Assembly: GCA_965201115.1 (NCBI GenBank)
Contig: OZ241745.1
Span: forward strand, 1,810,449 to 1,874,448
Source of the DNA: Alphaproteobacteria bacterium
Lineage (GTDB): Bacteria > Pseudomonadota > Alphaproteobacteria > UBA7887
Direction of reading: 5' to 3'
Length of the DNA stretch: 64,000 nucleotides
The notes under the pieces were generated by a model. The model had not been told where the DNA came from. It did not search any database and saw only the letters and a program-made list of their open reading frames with translations. Made by a program: the position numbers and the translations under genes. This document shows, in pieces, positions 54,359 to 62,408 of the stretch (position 1 is its first letter; every line of letters begins with the position of its first letter).

Positions 54359-54378
54359 CGACGACAGGAGTTCGGACG

Positions 54379-54960
54379 ATGAAACGAATAGCCGCGGCGG
54401 CGCTCGCCGCCCTGTGGGGCGCCGCCCCCGGAATCGCGGAAGACGACGCGCCGAGACGCGATCTCGACGCGCACGAACACGGCAGCGGAACGCTCAACAT
54501 CGCCGTGGAAAACGGCGCCGTGTGGATGGAGCTCGAGGTTCCCGGCGCCGACATCGTGGGTTTCGAGCACGCCGCCGAAAGCGCGGAAGACCGGCAAGCC
54601 GTCGAAGCCGCCAAGGCGGTTCTGGCGCGCCCGCTGGACCTGTTCGCGTTCCCGGAGGCCGCCGGATGCGCGGTCGAGGACGCGCATGTCGCGATCGCCG
54701 GCGAGGAACACGACGAGGAGCACGACGGCGGGGAAGCGGAAGCCCACGACGAAGACGAAGGCGAGCCGCACAACGAGTTCCACGCCGAATACACGCTCCG
54801 TTGCGCCGCTCCGGGAGAAATCGACGAAATCGGGTTCCCCTGGTTCACGGCGTTTCCGGGTTCGGAAGAGCTCGCCGCGAACATAACCTCGGGCATGGGC
54901 CAGGCCGCGTTCGAGGTTTCGCGCGACGCGCCGACGATCGACGTCGAGGCGTATTTCTGA
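54379..54960 (+). CDS. zrgA: ZrgA/DUF2796 family periplasmic zinc-binding protein
   Basis: Signal peptide, 'AHEHG', 'PGADIVGFEH', His/Glu-rich loop, 'H.EFHAEY..C', 'F..FP'. Confidence 0.85.
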   Translation: MKRIAAAALAALWGAAPGIAEDDAPRRDLDAHEHGSGTLNIAVENGAVWMELEVPGADIVGFEHAAESAEDRQAVEAAKAVLARPLDLFAFPEAAGCAVEDAHVAIAGEEHDEEHDGGEAEAHDEDEGEPHNEFHAEYTLRCAAPGEIDEIGFPWFTAFPGSEELAANITSGMGQAAFEVSRDAPTIDVEAYF

Positions 54961-54965
54961 CCGCC

Positions 54966-55712
54966 ATGCCCGACCGTTCCGACGGTTCGGGGCCGGAAGG
55001 GGCCGGCGCCGCGCTCATGCGAGGCGTCGGCTTCGCTTGGCCGGGGCGCGCGCGCTTCGGGATCGCGGTCGAGCGCTTCGCCGTCGCGCGCGGCGAGCGC
55101 GTCCTGCTGCTCGGGCCGTCGGGTTCGGGCAAATCGACCCTGCTCACGCTGCTGTGCGGCATCGCCGCGCCGCAACGCGGGCGCATCCAGGTGCTTGGCC
55201 GCGACCTCGCGGCCATGAGCGGCCCGCGGCGCGACCGCTTCCGCGGCGAGCATTTCGGGATCGTGTTCCAGATGTTCAACCTGCTGCCTTGGGCGAGCGC
55301 GCTCGATAACGTGCTGACGGCGCTGACCTTCGCGCCCCGGCGCCGGGCGCGCGCGGCGGCGGCGGGCGGCGCCCGCGCCGAGGCCGATAGGTTGTTGCGC
55401 GCGCTCGGCGTCGCGGTCGAGGGCCCCGCGGCGGCGCTCAGCGTCGGCCAGCAACAACGCGTCGCGGCGGCGCGCGCGCTCATCGGCGCGCCGGAACTGA
55501 TCGTCGCCGACGAACCCACCTCCGCGCTCGACGCCGCCGCGCAGAGGATCTTCCTCGATCTGCTGTTCGAACAGGCGGCGGAAGCCGGCGCGACGCTGCT
55601 CACGGTGAGCCACGACGAGCGCCTCGCGCCGTTGTTCGACCGCGCGGTGGCGCTCGCCGACATCGCCGCCGTCGCGCGCGGCGGAAACGCCGCCTCGCCA
55701 TGCTCCGCCTGA
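54966..55712 (+). CDS. ABC transporter ATP-binding protein (ZrgB-like)
   Basis: GPSGSGKST, 'FQMFNLLP', 'LSVGQQQRVA', 'ADEPTSALD', 'VSHD'. Confidence 0.92.
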   Translation: MPDRSDGSGPEGAGAALMRGVGFAWPGRARFGIAVERFAVARGERVLLLGPSGSGKSTLLTLLCGIAAPQRGRIQVLGRDLAAMSGPRRDRFRGEHFGIVFQMFNLLPWASALDNVLTALTFAPRRRARAAAAGGARAEADRLLRALGVAVEGPAAALSVGQQQRVAAARALIGAPELIVADEPTSALDAAAQRIFLDLLFEQAAEAGATLLTVSHDERLAPLFDRAVALADIAAVARGGNAASPCSA

Positions 55713-56953
55713 CGCTTCTGTCGCTCGGCAACCGCCGCGGCGCGGCCGCGCTGACCGTGCTCGCCATCGCGTTCAGCGTCGCCCTGTTCCTCGGCGTCGA
55801 GAAGGTGCGCTCCGGCGCGCGCGCCAGCTTCGCCGACACGGTTTCGGGAACCGATCTCATCGTCGGCGCGCGCGGCGGAAGCGTGAACCTGCTGCTCTAC
55901 TCGGTCTTTCGCATCGGCAACGCCACCGCCAACATGAGCTGGGAGAGCTACGGGGACATCGCCGCGCACACCGACGTCGCGTGGAGCGTGCCGCTCTCGC
56001 TCGGCGACAGCCACCGCGGCTTTCGCGTGTTGGGAACCTCGCGCGACTATTTCGCGCGCTACCGGTTCCGCGGCGGGCGCGGGCTGGAGTTCGCCGCCGG
56101 CGCGCCGTTCGACGACCTGTTCGACGCCGTTCTGGGCGCCGATGTCGCGGCGCGCCTGGGTTACGCGGCGGGCGACGCCATCGTCGTGGCGCACGGCCTC
56201 GGCGCCGCGTCGTTCGTCGATCACGCCGACAAGCCGTTCCGCGTGTCCGGCATCCTGGCCAAGACCGGAACGCCGGTCGATCGCACGGTGCATGTGAGCC
56301 TGGAAGCGATCGAGGCGATACATGTGGACTGGCGCGGCGGCGCGCCGGCGCCGGGCGCGGCGATCTCCGCCGAACAGGCGCGCGCGATGGACCTGTCGCC
56401 GAAAGCGATCACGGCGGCGATGGTCGGCGTCAAATCCAGGATCGCGACCTTCCGCGTCAAGCGCTGGATCGACGAATATCCCGAAGAAGCGCTGCTCGCG
56501 ATCCTGCCCGGCGTGGCGTTGCAGGAACTGTGGGATCTGCTGGGGACGGCGGAAACCGCCCTCGGCGCGGTGTCGGCAATGGTCGTGGTCACCGCGCTGC
56601 TCGGCATGGCGGTCATGATCCTGTCGAGCCTGAACGAACGCCGGCGCGAAATGGCGATCCTGCGTTCGGTGGGCGCGCGCCCGCGCGCCATCGCCGCCAT
56701 GCTGATGACCGAGGCCGCGCTGCTATCGGCCGCCGGGGTCGCGGTGGGCGCGGCGCTGCTTTACGCCGCGCTCATCGCCGCGCGCGCGTGGATCGATGCG
56801 CGCTACGGCCTTTACCTTCCGGTGTCGCCGCCCCATATAAGGGAGTGGTACATGCTTGCCGCGGTGGCGGCCGGCGGAACGCTCGTGGGCGCGATACCCG
56901 CGGCGCGCGCTTGGCGCATGTCGCTCGCCGACGGTATGACCGTTCGGGCCTGA
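55700..56953 (+). CDS. ABC transporter permease, MacB/FtsX type (ZrgC-like)
   Basis: 'GTDLIVGAR..LLLYSVFRIG', 'PLSLGDSHRGFRV.GT', 'NERRREMAILRSVGARP'. Confidence 0.9.
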   Translation: MLRLTLLSLGNRRGAAALTVLAIAFSVALFLGVEKVRSGARASFADTVSGTDLIVGARGGSVNLLLYSVFRIGNATANMSWESYGDIAAHTDVAWSVPLSLGDSHRGFRVLGTSRDYFARYRFRGGRGLEFAAGAPFDDLFDAVLGADVAARLGYAAGDAIVVAHGLGAASFVDHADKPFRVSGILAKTGTPVDRTVHVSLEAIEAIHVDWRGGAPAPGAAISAEQARAMDLSPKAITAAMVGVKSRIATFRVKRWIDEYPEEALLAILPGVALQELWDLLGTAETALGAVSAMVVVTALLGMAVMILSSLNERRREMAILRSVGARPRAIAAMLMTEAALLSAAGVAVGAALLYAALIAARAWIDARYGLYLPVSPPHIREWYMLAAVAAGGTLVGAIPAARAWRMSLADGMTVRA

Positions 56954-56980
56954 CAACGCGCAAGAGAGGAGCGAAAAGCC

Positions 56981-57499
56981 ATGACAACCACCGTAAAGGC
57001 AGCGATTTTCGCGTTCGTCGCGATGGCGGCGGTCGCACTCGCCGGCGCACCCGCGGGCGCCGCCGGCCCCGTCGATCTGAAATGGGAGCAACTCGTTCCG
57101 GCGGACGCGGCCGGCGGCGACGTCGAGTCGCTGTTCGGCATCGTCGAGCACGGGCAGATCGCCGCCCCCGACGAGGCGGCGGAGGGCGCCTACGAGGTCG
57201 TCGACGATTTCAACGGCGAGACGGTGCGCCTGCCCGGCTATCTCGTGCCGCTCGATCTGAACGCCCAGGGCGGGACCGAGTTTCTTCTCGTCCCCTATTT
57301 CGGCGCCTGCATCCACGTGCCCCCGCCGCCCCCGAACCAGATCGTGTATGTGACTGTGGAAGAGCCATACGTGCTCGAGGCGCTGTTCGAGCCCGTCTGG
57401 GTCACCGGCGAGTTCGACGTCGTGGCGCTTGCGACCGACCTCGCCGAGGTCGCCTACTCCCTGTCGGCGGACGATATCGAGGCCTACATATACGAGTAG
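56981..57499 (+). CDS. DUF3299 family protein
   Basis: 'W..L.P', 'LPGYLVPL', 'EFLLVPYFGACIHVPPPPPNQIVYV'. Confidence 0.9.
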   Translation: MTTTVKAAIFAFVAMAAVALAGAPAGAAGPVDLKWEQLVPADAAGGDVESLFGIVEHGQIAAPDEAAEGAYEVVDDFNGETVRLPGYLVPLDLNAQGGTEFLLVPYFGACIHVPPPPPNQIVYVTVEEPYVLEALFEPVWVTGEFDVVALATDLAEVAYSLSADDIEAYIYE

Positions 57500-57511
57500 C
57501 GCCGGCGAAGG

Positions 57512-57785
57512 TTAAAACCCGAGCGTGCCATGCGAGCCCAAGCGAACGAACTCCAGCGATTCGCTGTCCGGTTTGCGGCAAACGAGTACGAGGTCGGGCC
57601 GCGGATGGCAGTCTCGATGATCTCGCCATTGCCCGGACAGCGCATGATCGCGGCGGCGCCGGGTTATCGGCCGCCAAGGCCGCCGCGATTTCCTCGATCT
57701 CCCCATCGAGTACGCCCGCGAAACGGTCCCTCTTCTCGCGCCGGTAGTCGCGCTTGAAGGCCGCCGTCCATTTAATTGTCCGCAT
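57512..57785 (-). pseudogene. yafQ: YafQ-family toxin, frameshifted near 57655-57665
   Basis: 'MRTIKWTAAFKRDYRRE' in one frame, 'RDHALSGQWRDHRDCH.RPDLVL..VRLGSH..L' in another; 274 nt start-to-stop. Confidence 0.8.
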
Positions 57786-58428
57786 TAAGATCGGCCATCG
57801 TGTCGTCGAAGCTGCCGGTCCCGGCAAATTCCCCCCGCCGGGCCGCCTCCATGGCCGCAACCGTTGCATCGTTGGGAATCGATTCTCCGTTACCCAGCCT
57901 TGTGCGCTGAAGTATGGCGCGGTCGATCGGTCCTTCGACTGTCGGATCGACGTTGCGCATCTGGATCCGGGACATGAAGCTTCGCGGACCGAGCTTAACG
58001 AACGAACGCCCGAACACTTCGTCGGCGAAGCTGCTGGTAAAGAGACCGACGCCGTCGAAATCGATAACGATTGTGCGCCGGTCTCGCAACAGGTTTTCAA
58101 TCATGCCGCGAACGCGGATGCCTCCCGACCGGGAACCGAAATCGCGCCGTCCCTCTGTTTTTAAATCGAATGCCAATTCGTCCTCTTCGGTTTCGAATTT
58201 CTTCTCTATGTAGTCGAACGCGGGATCGTGGGATCTGCCTTTGAATCGGAGCGCGTTCTCAAGCAAGGCCGGATATCCGATGCTTATGCGGCGCCGAACT
58301 GCCGTCCCGGAGTACGGTATACCCATCTTTCTCGCCAAAATGTCGTCGCGGCAGTATAGGTGTCCGTACATGGAATCGATTTCGAACGGTCCGCCCGACA
58401 GTACCGCAACCCGATAATACCAATACAA
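57772..58428 (-). CDS. 5'-truncated chimera: STAS-like (DUF4325) domain + DinJ-like antitoxin C-terminus
   Basis: 'GSRSGG..R..IDFDGV...SSFADEVFG' (DUF4325) followed by 'IPNDATVAAMEAARRGE...SFDDTMADLNADN' (DinJ tail); abuts the IS66 end. Confidence 0.6.
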   Translation of the reverse strand: MYWYYRVAVLSGGPFEIDSMYGHLYCRDDILARKMGIPYSGTAVRRRISIGYPALLENALRFKGRSHDPAFDYIEKKFETEEDELAFDLKTEGRRDFGSRSGGIRVRGMIENLLRDRRTIVIDFDGVGLFTSSFADEVFGRSFVKLGPRSFMSRIQMRNVDPTVEGPIDRAILQRTRLGNGESIPNDATVAAMEAARRGEFAGTGSFDDTMADLNADN

Positions 58429-58435
58429 CGTGAAG

Positions 58436-60329
58436 GTAGGCGTTCGGTTATGGGGTTATTGGGTTTTTACGGTGGGGGTTTTGTGTTCCCGGTTCCACGG
58501 CATGAGTTCGTGGATTCGGTTTGTTTTGTAGTCCTGGATACGGTTGAGTGTGTCTGCGATCCATGCGCGCGGGTCGACGCCGTTTAGTTTTGCGGTTTCG
58601 ATGAGCGTATATGCGGTTGCGGCGGTTGCGCCGCCGGCTTCGGAGCCTGCGAACAACCGGTTCTTGCGTCCGAGGGCGATGCCGCGGATGGCGCGTTCGG
58701 CGGTGTTGTTGTCGAGTTCGAGCGTTCCGTTGTCGAGCCACGGGCGCAGGCGGGCCAGTCGGGCGCGGGCGTAGCGGATGGCGCCGGCCAGCGGCGTTCT
58801 GGCGGGTATGTTCGGGCTCTGTCGGGCGAGCCATGTTTCGAGGTCGTCGAAGAGGGGCCTGGCCCTGGCCTGGCGGATACGGACGCGCTCTTCGGGCGTG
58901 TGCCCGCGGGCTTCGGCCTCGACGGCGTACAAGGCGGCGATGCGCTCGACGGCTTCCCTGGCGACCGGCGCGCCCCGATTGCGCGCGAGGTCGACGAACT
59001 TGCGCCGGACATGGGCCATGCAGGGGGCTTCGCGGATGCGGCCTGTGCGGTAGAGTTCCGCGAACCCGGCATAGCCGTCGGCGTGCATCCAGCCCTTGAA
59101 GCCGGCGAGGCATCGGCGCGGGTTCTCGCCCTTGCGGTTGGCGCTGAAGCGGTAGCAGGCGGCCGGCGGCGCGGTTCCGCGCCACGGTCGTTCGTCGCGG
59201 GCATAGACCCATAGCCGCGCCATGCGGGTCTTGCCCTTGGCGCCTGCGCCGCGCGGGGTTTGCAGGCGCACCGTGGTATCGTCGGCGAAGATGGCGCCGC
59301 CGGCGCGCACATGGTTGCCGATCCCGTTGGCGACCGGCTCCAGCAAGGCGGCGCTCTTGCCGACCCATTCGGCCAGTGTCGAGCGGTCGAGGTCGATGCC
59401 GTCGCGGGCGAACATTTGCGCTTGGCGGTAGAGGGGGAGATGGTCTGCATATTTGCTCACCAGCACATGGGCAAGCAGGCCGGGTCCGGGGCGTCCGCGC
59501 TCGATGGGGCGCGGCGGCAGCGGCGCCTGGCAAAAGCATGCGCAGGCGCGGCAGACCGTGCGCGGTCTCACGATGCGGTTGACCGTGAAACGACCGGGTA
59601 TGTACTCCAGTTCCTCGGTGACATCCGCGCCGACGGTCTTGACCGCGCCGCCGCAGGCCCCGCAGGGGCTTGCGGGTTCCAGCACCGTCTCGCGGCGCGG
59701 CAGCCGGTCCGGCAAGGGGCGGCGCTTGCGCCGCGGCGCGCGTGCGGCGGCGGGTTCGGGTTGCGGGGGCGGGCTTGCGGCGCGGGCTATCTCCTCGTTC
59801 TCCAGCGTCAGTTGCAACTGCGCCAAGGCTTCCGAGCGCGCCCCGAAACGATGCCGGCGCATCCCCGCCAACTCGTGACGCAACTTCTCAATCAGGATAT
59901 CGCGCGCCTTCAACGCCTCCGCACGCGACCGCAGCGCCTCCTCGCGGGCCCGCAGCGCCTCCTCGCGGGCCTGCAACTTGGCCGCCAAGGACGCCACCAT
60001 GCCCTTCAGGCGGGCGGGATCGTCGGGGAGAGGCGCGGCGCGGTCAAACATGAACGAACAATGCCGCCCCCAACACCATAAGGCAAGCGTAAAAGAGGAA
60101 ATATAGAAAAAGAACTCCGCCCGATACCCATCCAATGCTATACCGCGACCGCAAGCCGCCGCGTTCGAACCGGCCACCGCCAACCGACGTCGTCAAGCCG
60201 CATCGATAACCGCGCAGGCATCGAAACACGATCCCCATACAAAGCCGACCGTCAAACAAAACGACCCCCGAAATACCGAAACCCATAAACATACTCATCA
60301 ATCGCCAAGCGGGATAACCGGACGCTTAC
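58436..60329 (-). mobile_element. IS66-family element, tnpC-only, ~1.89 kb
   Basis: Terminal IRs GTAGGCGTTCGGTTAT (58436) and ATAACCGGACGCTTAC (60314-60329); no matching 8-bp flanking duplication. Confidence 0.85.
58456..60051 (-). CDS. tnpC: IS66 transposase TnpC
   Basis: Leucine zipper, C..C zinc finger, 'KYADHLPLYRQ', 'ADDT', 'ADGYAGF', 'CMAHVRRKF', 'DNNTAERAIR..ALGRKN'. Confidence 0.95.
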   Translation of the reverse strand: MFDRAAPLPDDPARLKGMVASLAAKLQAREEALRAREEALRSRAEALKARDILIEKLRHELAGMRRHRFGARSEALAQLQLTLENEEIARAASPPPQPEPAAARAPRRKRRPLPDRLPRRETVLEPASPCGACGGAVKTVGADVTEELEYIPGRFTVNRIVRPRTVCRACACFCQAPLPPRPIERGRPGPGLLAHVLVSKYADHLPLYRQAQMFARDGIDLDRSTLAEWVGKSAALLEPVANGIGNHVRAGGAIFADDTTVRLQTPRGAGAKGKTRMARLWVYARDERPWRGTAPPAACYRFSANRKGENPRRCLAGFKGWMHADGYAGFAELYRTGRIREAPCMAHVRRKFVDLARNRGAPVAREAVERIAALYAVEAEARGHTPEERVRIRQARARPLFDDLETWLARQSPNIPARTPLAGAIRYARARLARLRPWLDNGTLELDNNTAERAIRGIALGRKNRLFAGSEAGGATAATAYTLIETAKLNGVDPRAWIADTLNRIQDYKTNRIHELMPWNREHKTPTVKTQ

Positions 60330-60659
60330 GTCCGTATAGCGATGCCGCGTCTGCATATCCACGAACAAGCGTGCATATATCCGGCACGTTTCGATGAAAT
60401 CGCGGAGCGCTCCTTCATTCTGAAATTTGTTTTTCGCTTCGCCATGTTCAAGGGCTCGATATGCGTGCCGCCACGCGCGTTCGCTGCGCCTCGCCTTCGA
60501 GGCGCCAACGACCGTATCTGCCGCGCACCGTGCAAGGCAATGAAACAATGCATAGTACGCCGTGCCGAGCGCACGGTGCAGGTTAGCTTGGCGTGGCGCT
60601 CCCTGTTCGTCGGCCGGCGCGAGGATGCGCGCCGCCTCCAGCAGATCAAAGGGATTCAT
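60330..60659 (-). pseudogene. HEPN-domain protein truncated by the IS66 end
   Basis: 'RALGTAYYALFH', 'YRALEH', ends 'MQTRHRYTD' exactly at the IR, where the reading frame runs into the IS. Confidence 0.65.
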
Positions 60660-60948
60660 CGGGGTCGGCGTCCCATTCGGATTTCGGGCAGAACGACGTT
60701 ACCGGCAATGCTTCGATCCCTGCGTCTTGCACGCCGTTCCAGAGGTGCTCGATGACGTCGATGGTTTCATCGATATCGATGTCGGTTTCCGCCGTGTCGT
60801 CGAAAATCGCCGTGACGAAGATCACTTCGTCGCCGTCGGCGTCGTAACCCGGGCGCAACGCCACCTTGTCGAACCGTGCGCTCTTGACGTGCTTGCGAAG
60901 CACGTTTTCGATAACGCGCCGCGCCTTCCGTAACTCTTTGTCCCTCAT
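60646..60948 (-). CDS. Small acidic protein, probable MNT-like partner of the HEPN gene
   Basis: 100 aa, 'YDADGDEVIFV', overlaps the HEPN start. Confidence 0.5.
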   Translation of the reverse strand: MRDKELRKARRVIENVLRKHVKSARFDKVALRPGYDADGDEVIFVTAIFDDTAETDIDIDETIDVIEHLWNGVQDAGIEALPVTSFCPKSEWDADPDESL

Positions 60949-61415
60949 GACCTTCTGCTCCCTCCATGCCGGAAACGGCGGGCGGGCGGCCCGCCTTGCC
61001 GCTCACGACCGCGGCGGAATACGCGCCCACCGCAAGTCTGCCCGATGTCCTACGGCAACCGAGGGCTGCGCGCAAGGCGCCGCCGGCGGGCCGGGCTCCG
61101 CGCGGGTGGCGGGCGTTGCCGAACGGGCGGCGCGTCGACGTTGCGTGCGGCCCGGCCATGCCGGCGAAGACCGGGCGCGGCGGCGCGTTACGGTATCCGG
61201 CAGCCGCATTTTCCCGCCCGCCTTGCCGTCCGTTGGCGCGGCTTCCCTCGCGGCATGGCGCGGATTGCCGGCGCGCGGGCGGGTTGGAAGTCCGCAGGCT
61301 TGTGTTATGCGCGGCCGGGCCCGGGGCCGCCGCGGCGCCGCGGCGCCGGTGCGGTCGTGGACAACACACCCGGTCGACCGTATGTTGGCGCATGGCTGCA
61401 CGAGGGGGGAAGTGC

Positions 61416-62408
61416 ATGGCCAGGCAACGGCTACGGGTTGCGCGGACGGCGGCCGGATTGTCGCTCCGGCAGCTGTCGCGGCGCATCGGCGGTATGGTTA
61501 CCGCGCAGGCGATCAGCTATTACGAGCGGGGGGAAACGACGCCCTCGCAAGAGACGCTCGCGGCGATAGCGGAGGCGGTCGGCGTGTCGGCGGCGTATCT
61601 CGCCGGCGACGGCGCGGCGATGCCCGAGGGGCTGGCGTTTCGCAAACTGCGGCTCGCGAGCCGCCGGGAAGAAGGACGGTTCGAGGCTCTCGCGCTACAG
61701 CTCCTGGAGCGCTGTCTGACGGTGGAGGAACTGCTCGGCCGGCCGGGCGCGGCGTGGCAGATGCCGGAGGGCGCGCCGTGGCCCGTATCGCGCGATGCTT
61801 CGGAGGCCGAGCGCGCCGCAAGCGCACTGCGCGAATCGTGGGGGCTGGACGCCGACCCGCTTCCCGATCTCGTCGATTACCTCGAAGCGCGCGGCGTCAT
61901 GATCTTGCCGCTGCCGCTGCCGGTGGGCGACGGGTCCATGGCGCACATGCGCGGCCGCGCCGACGGGGCCCCGCCGGTTATCGCGCTGAACGCCGGCGAC
62001 ACGGCCGCGCGGCGGCGTTTTGCGGTCGCGCGCGAACTCGGCCACATGGTCATGGAGGTCGGGCCGACGGCCGACGCGGAGCGCATCGCGCGCCGGTTCG
62101 CGAGGGCGTTCCTCATGCCGGCGGATACGCTGCGGGCGGAGACGGGCGCGCGCCGCCGGTCGATCGGCTGGGACGAGCTCTTTGCGCTCAAGCGGTTGTT
62201 CGGCGTGGACACGATTACGCTGTCGCGGCGCTGCGAGGAGCTCGGCATATTCGGCCAAATTCTGTCGCGGCGGCTGTCGGCGGAATGTACGCGGCGCGGC
62301 TGGCGCGGCGACCCCGCCACCGAGCCCGGCGCAAGGGACGGGGAGCATCCGCGGCGTTTCGAGCGGCTGTACATGCGCGCGCTGTCGGAGGGCGCGGTTT
62401 CGGAGTAA
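61416..62408 (+). CDS. XRE-family HTH + ImmA/IrrE (peptidase M78)-like regulator
   Basis: 'RLRVAR..GLS..LS...TAQAISYYERG..TPS'; 'FRKL'; 'RRRFAVARELGH' (degenerate HEXXH); 'FARAFLMP'; stop codon supplied by the IS66 IR. Confidence 0.85.
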   Translation: MARQRLRVARTAAGLSLRQLSRRIGGMVTAQAISYYERGETTPSQETLAAIAEAVGVSAAYLAGDGAAMPEGLAFRKLRLASRREEGRFEALALQLLERCLTVEELLGRPGAAWQMPEGAPWPVSRDASEAERAASALRESWGLDADPLPDLVDYLEARGVMILPLPLPVGDGSMAHMRGRADGAPPVIALNAGDTAARRRFAVARELGHMVMEVGPTADAERIARRFARAFLMPADTLRAETGARRRSIGWDELFALKRLFGVDTITLSRRCEELGIFGQILSRRLSAECTRRGWRGDPATEPGARDGEHPRRFERLYMRALSEGAVSE

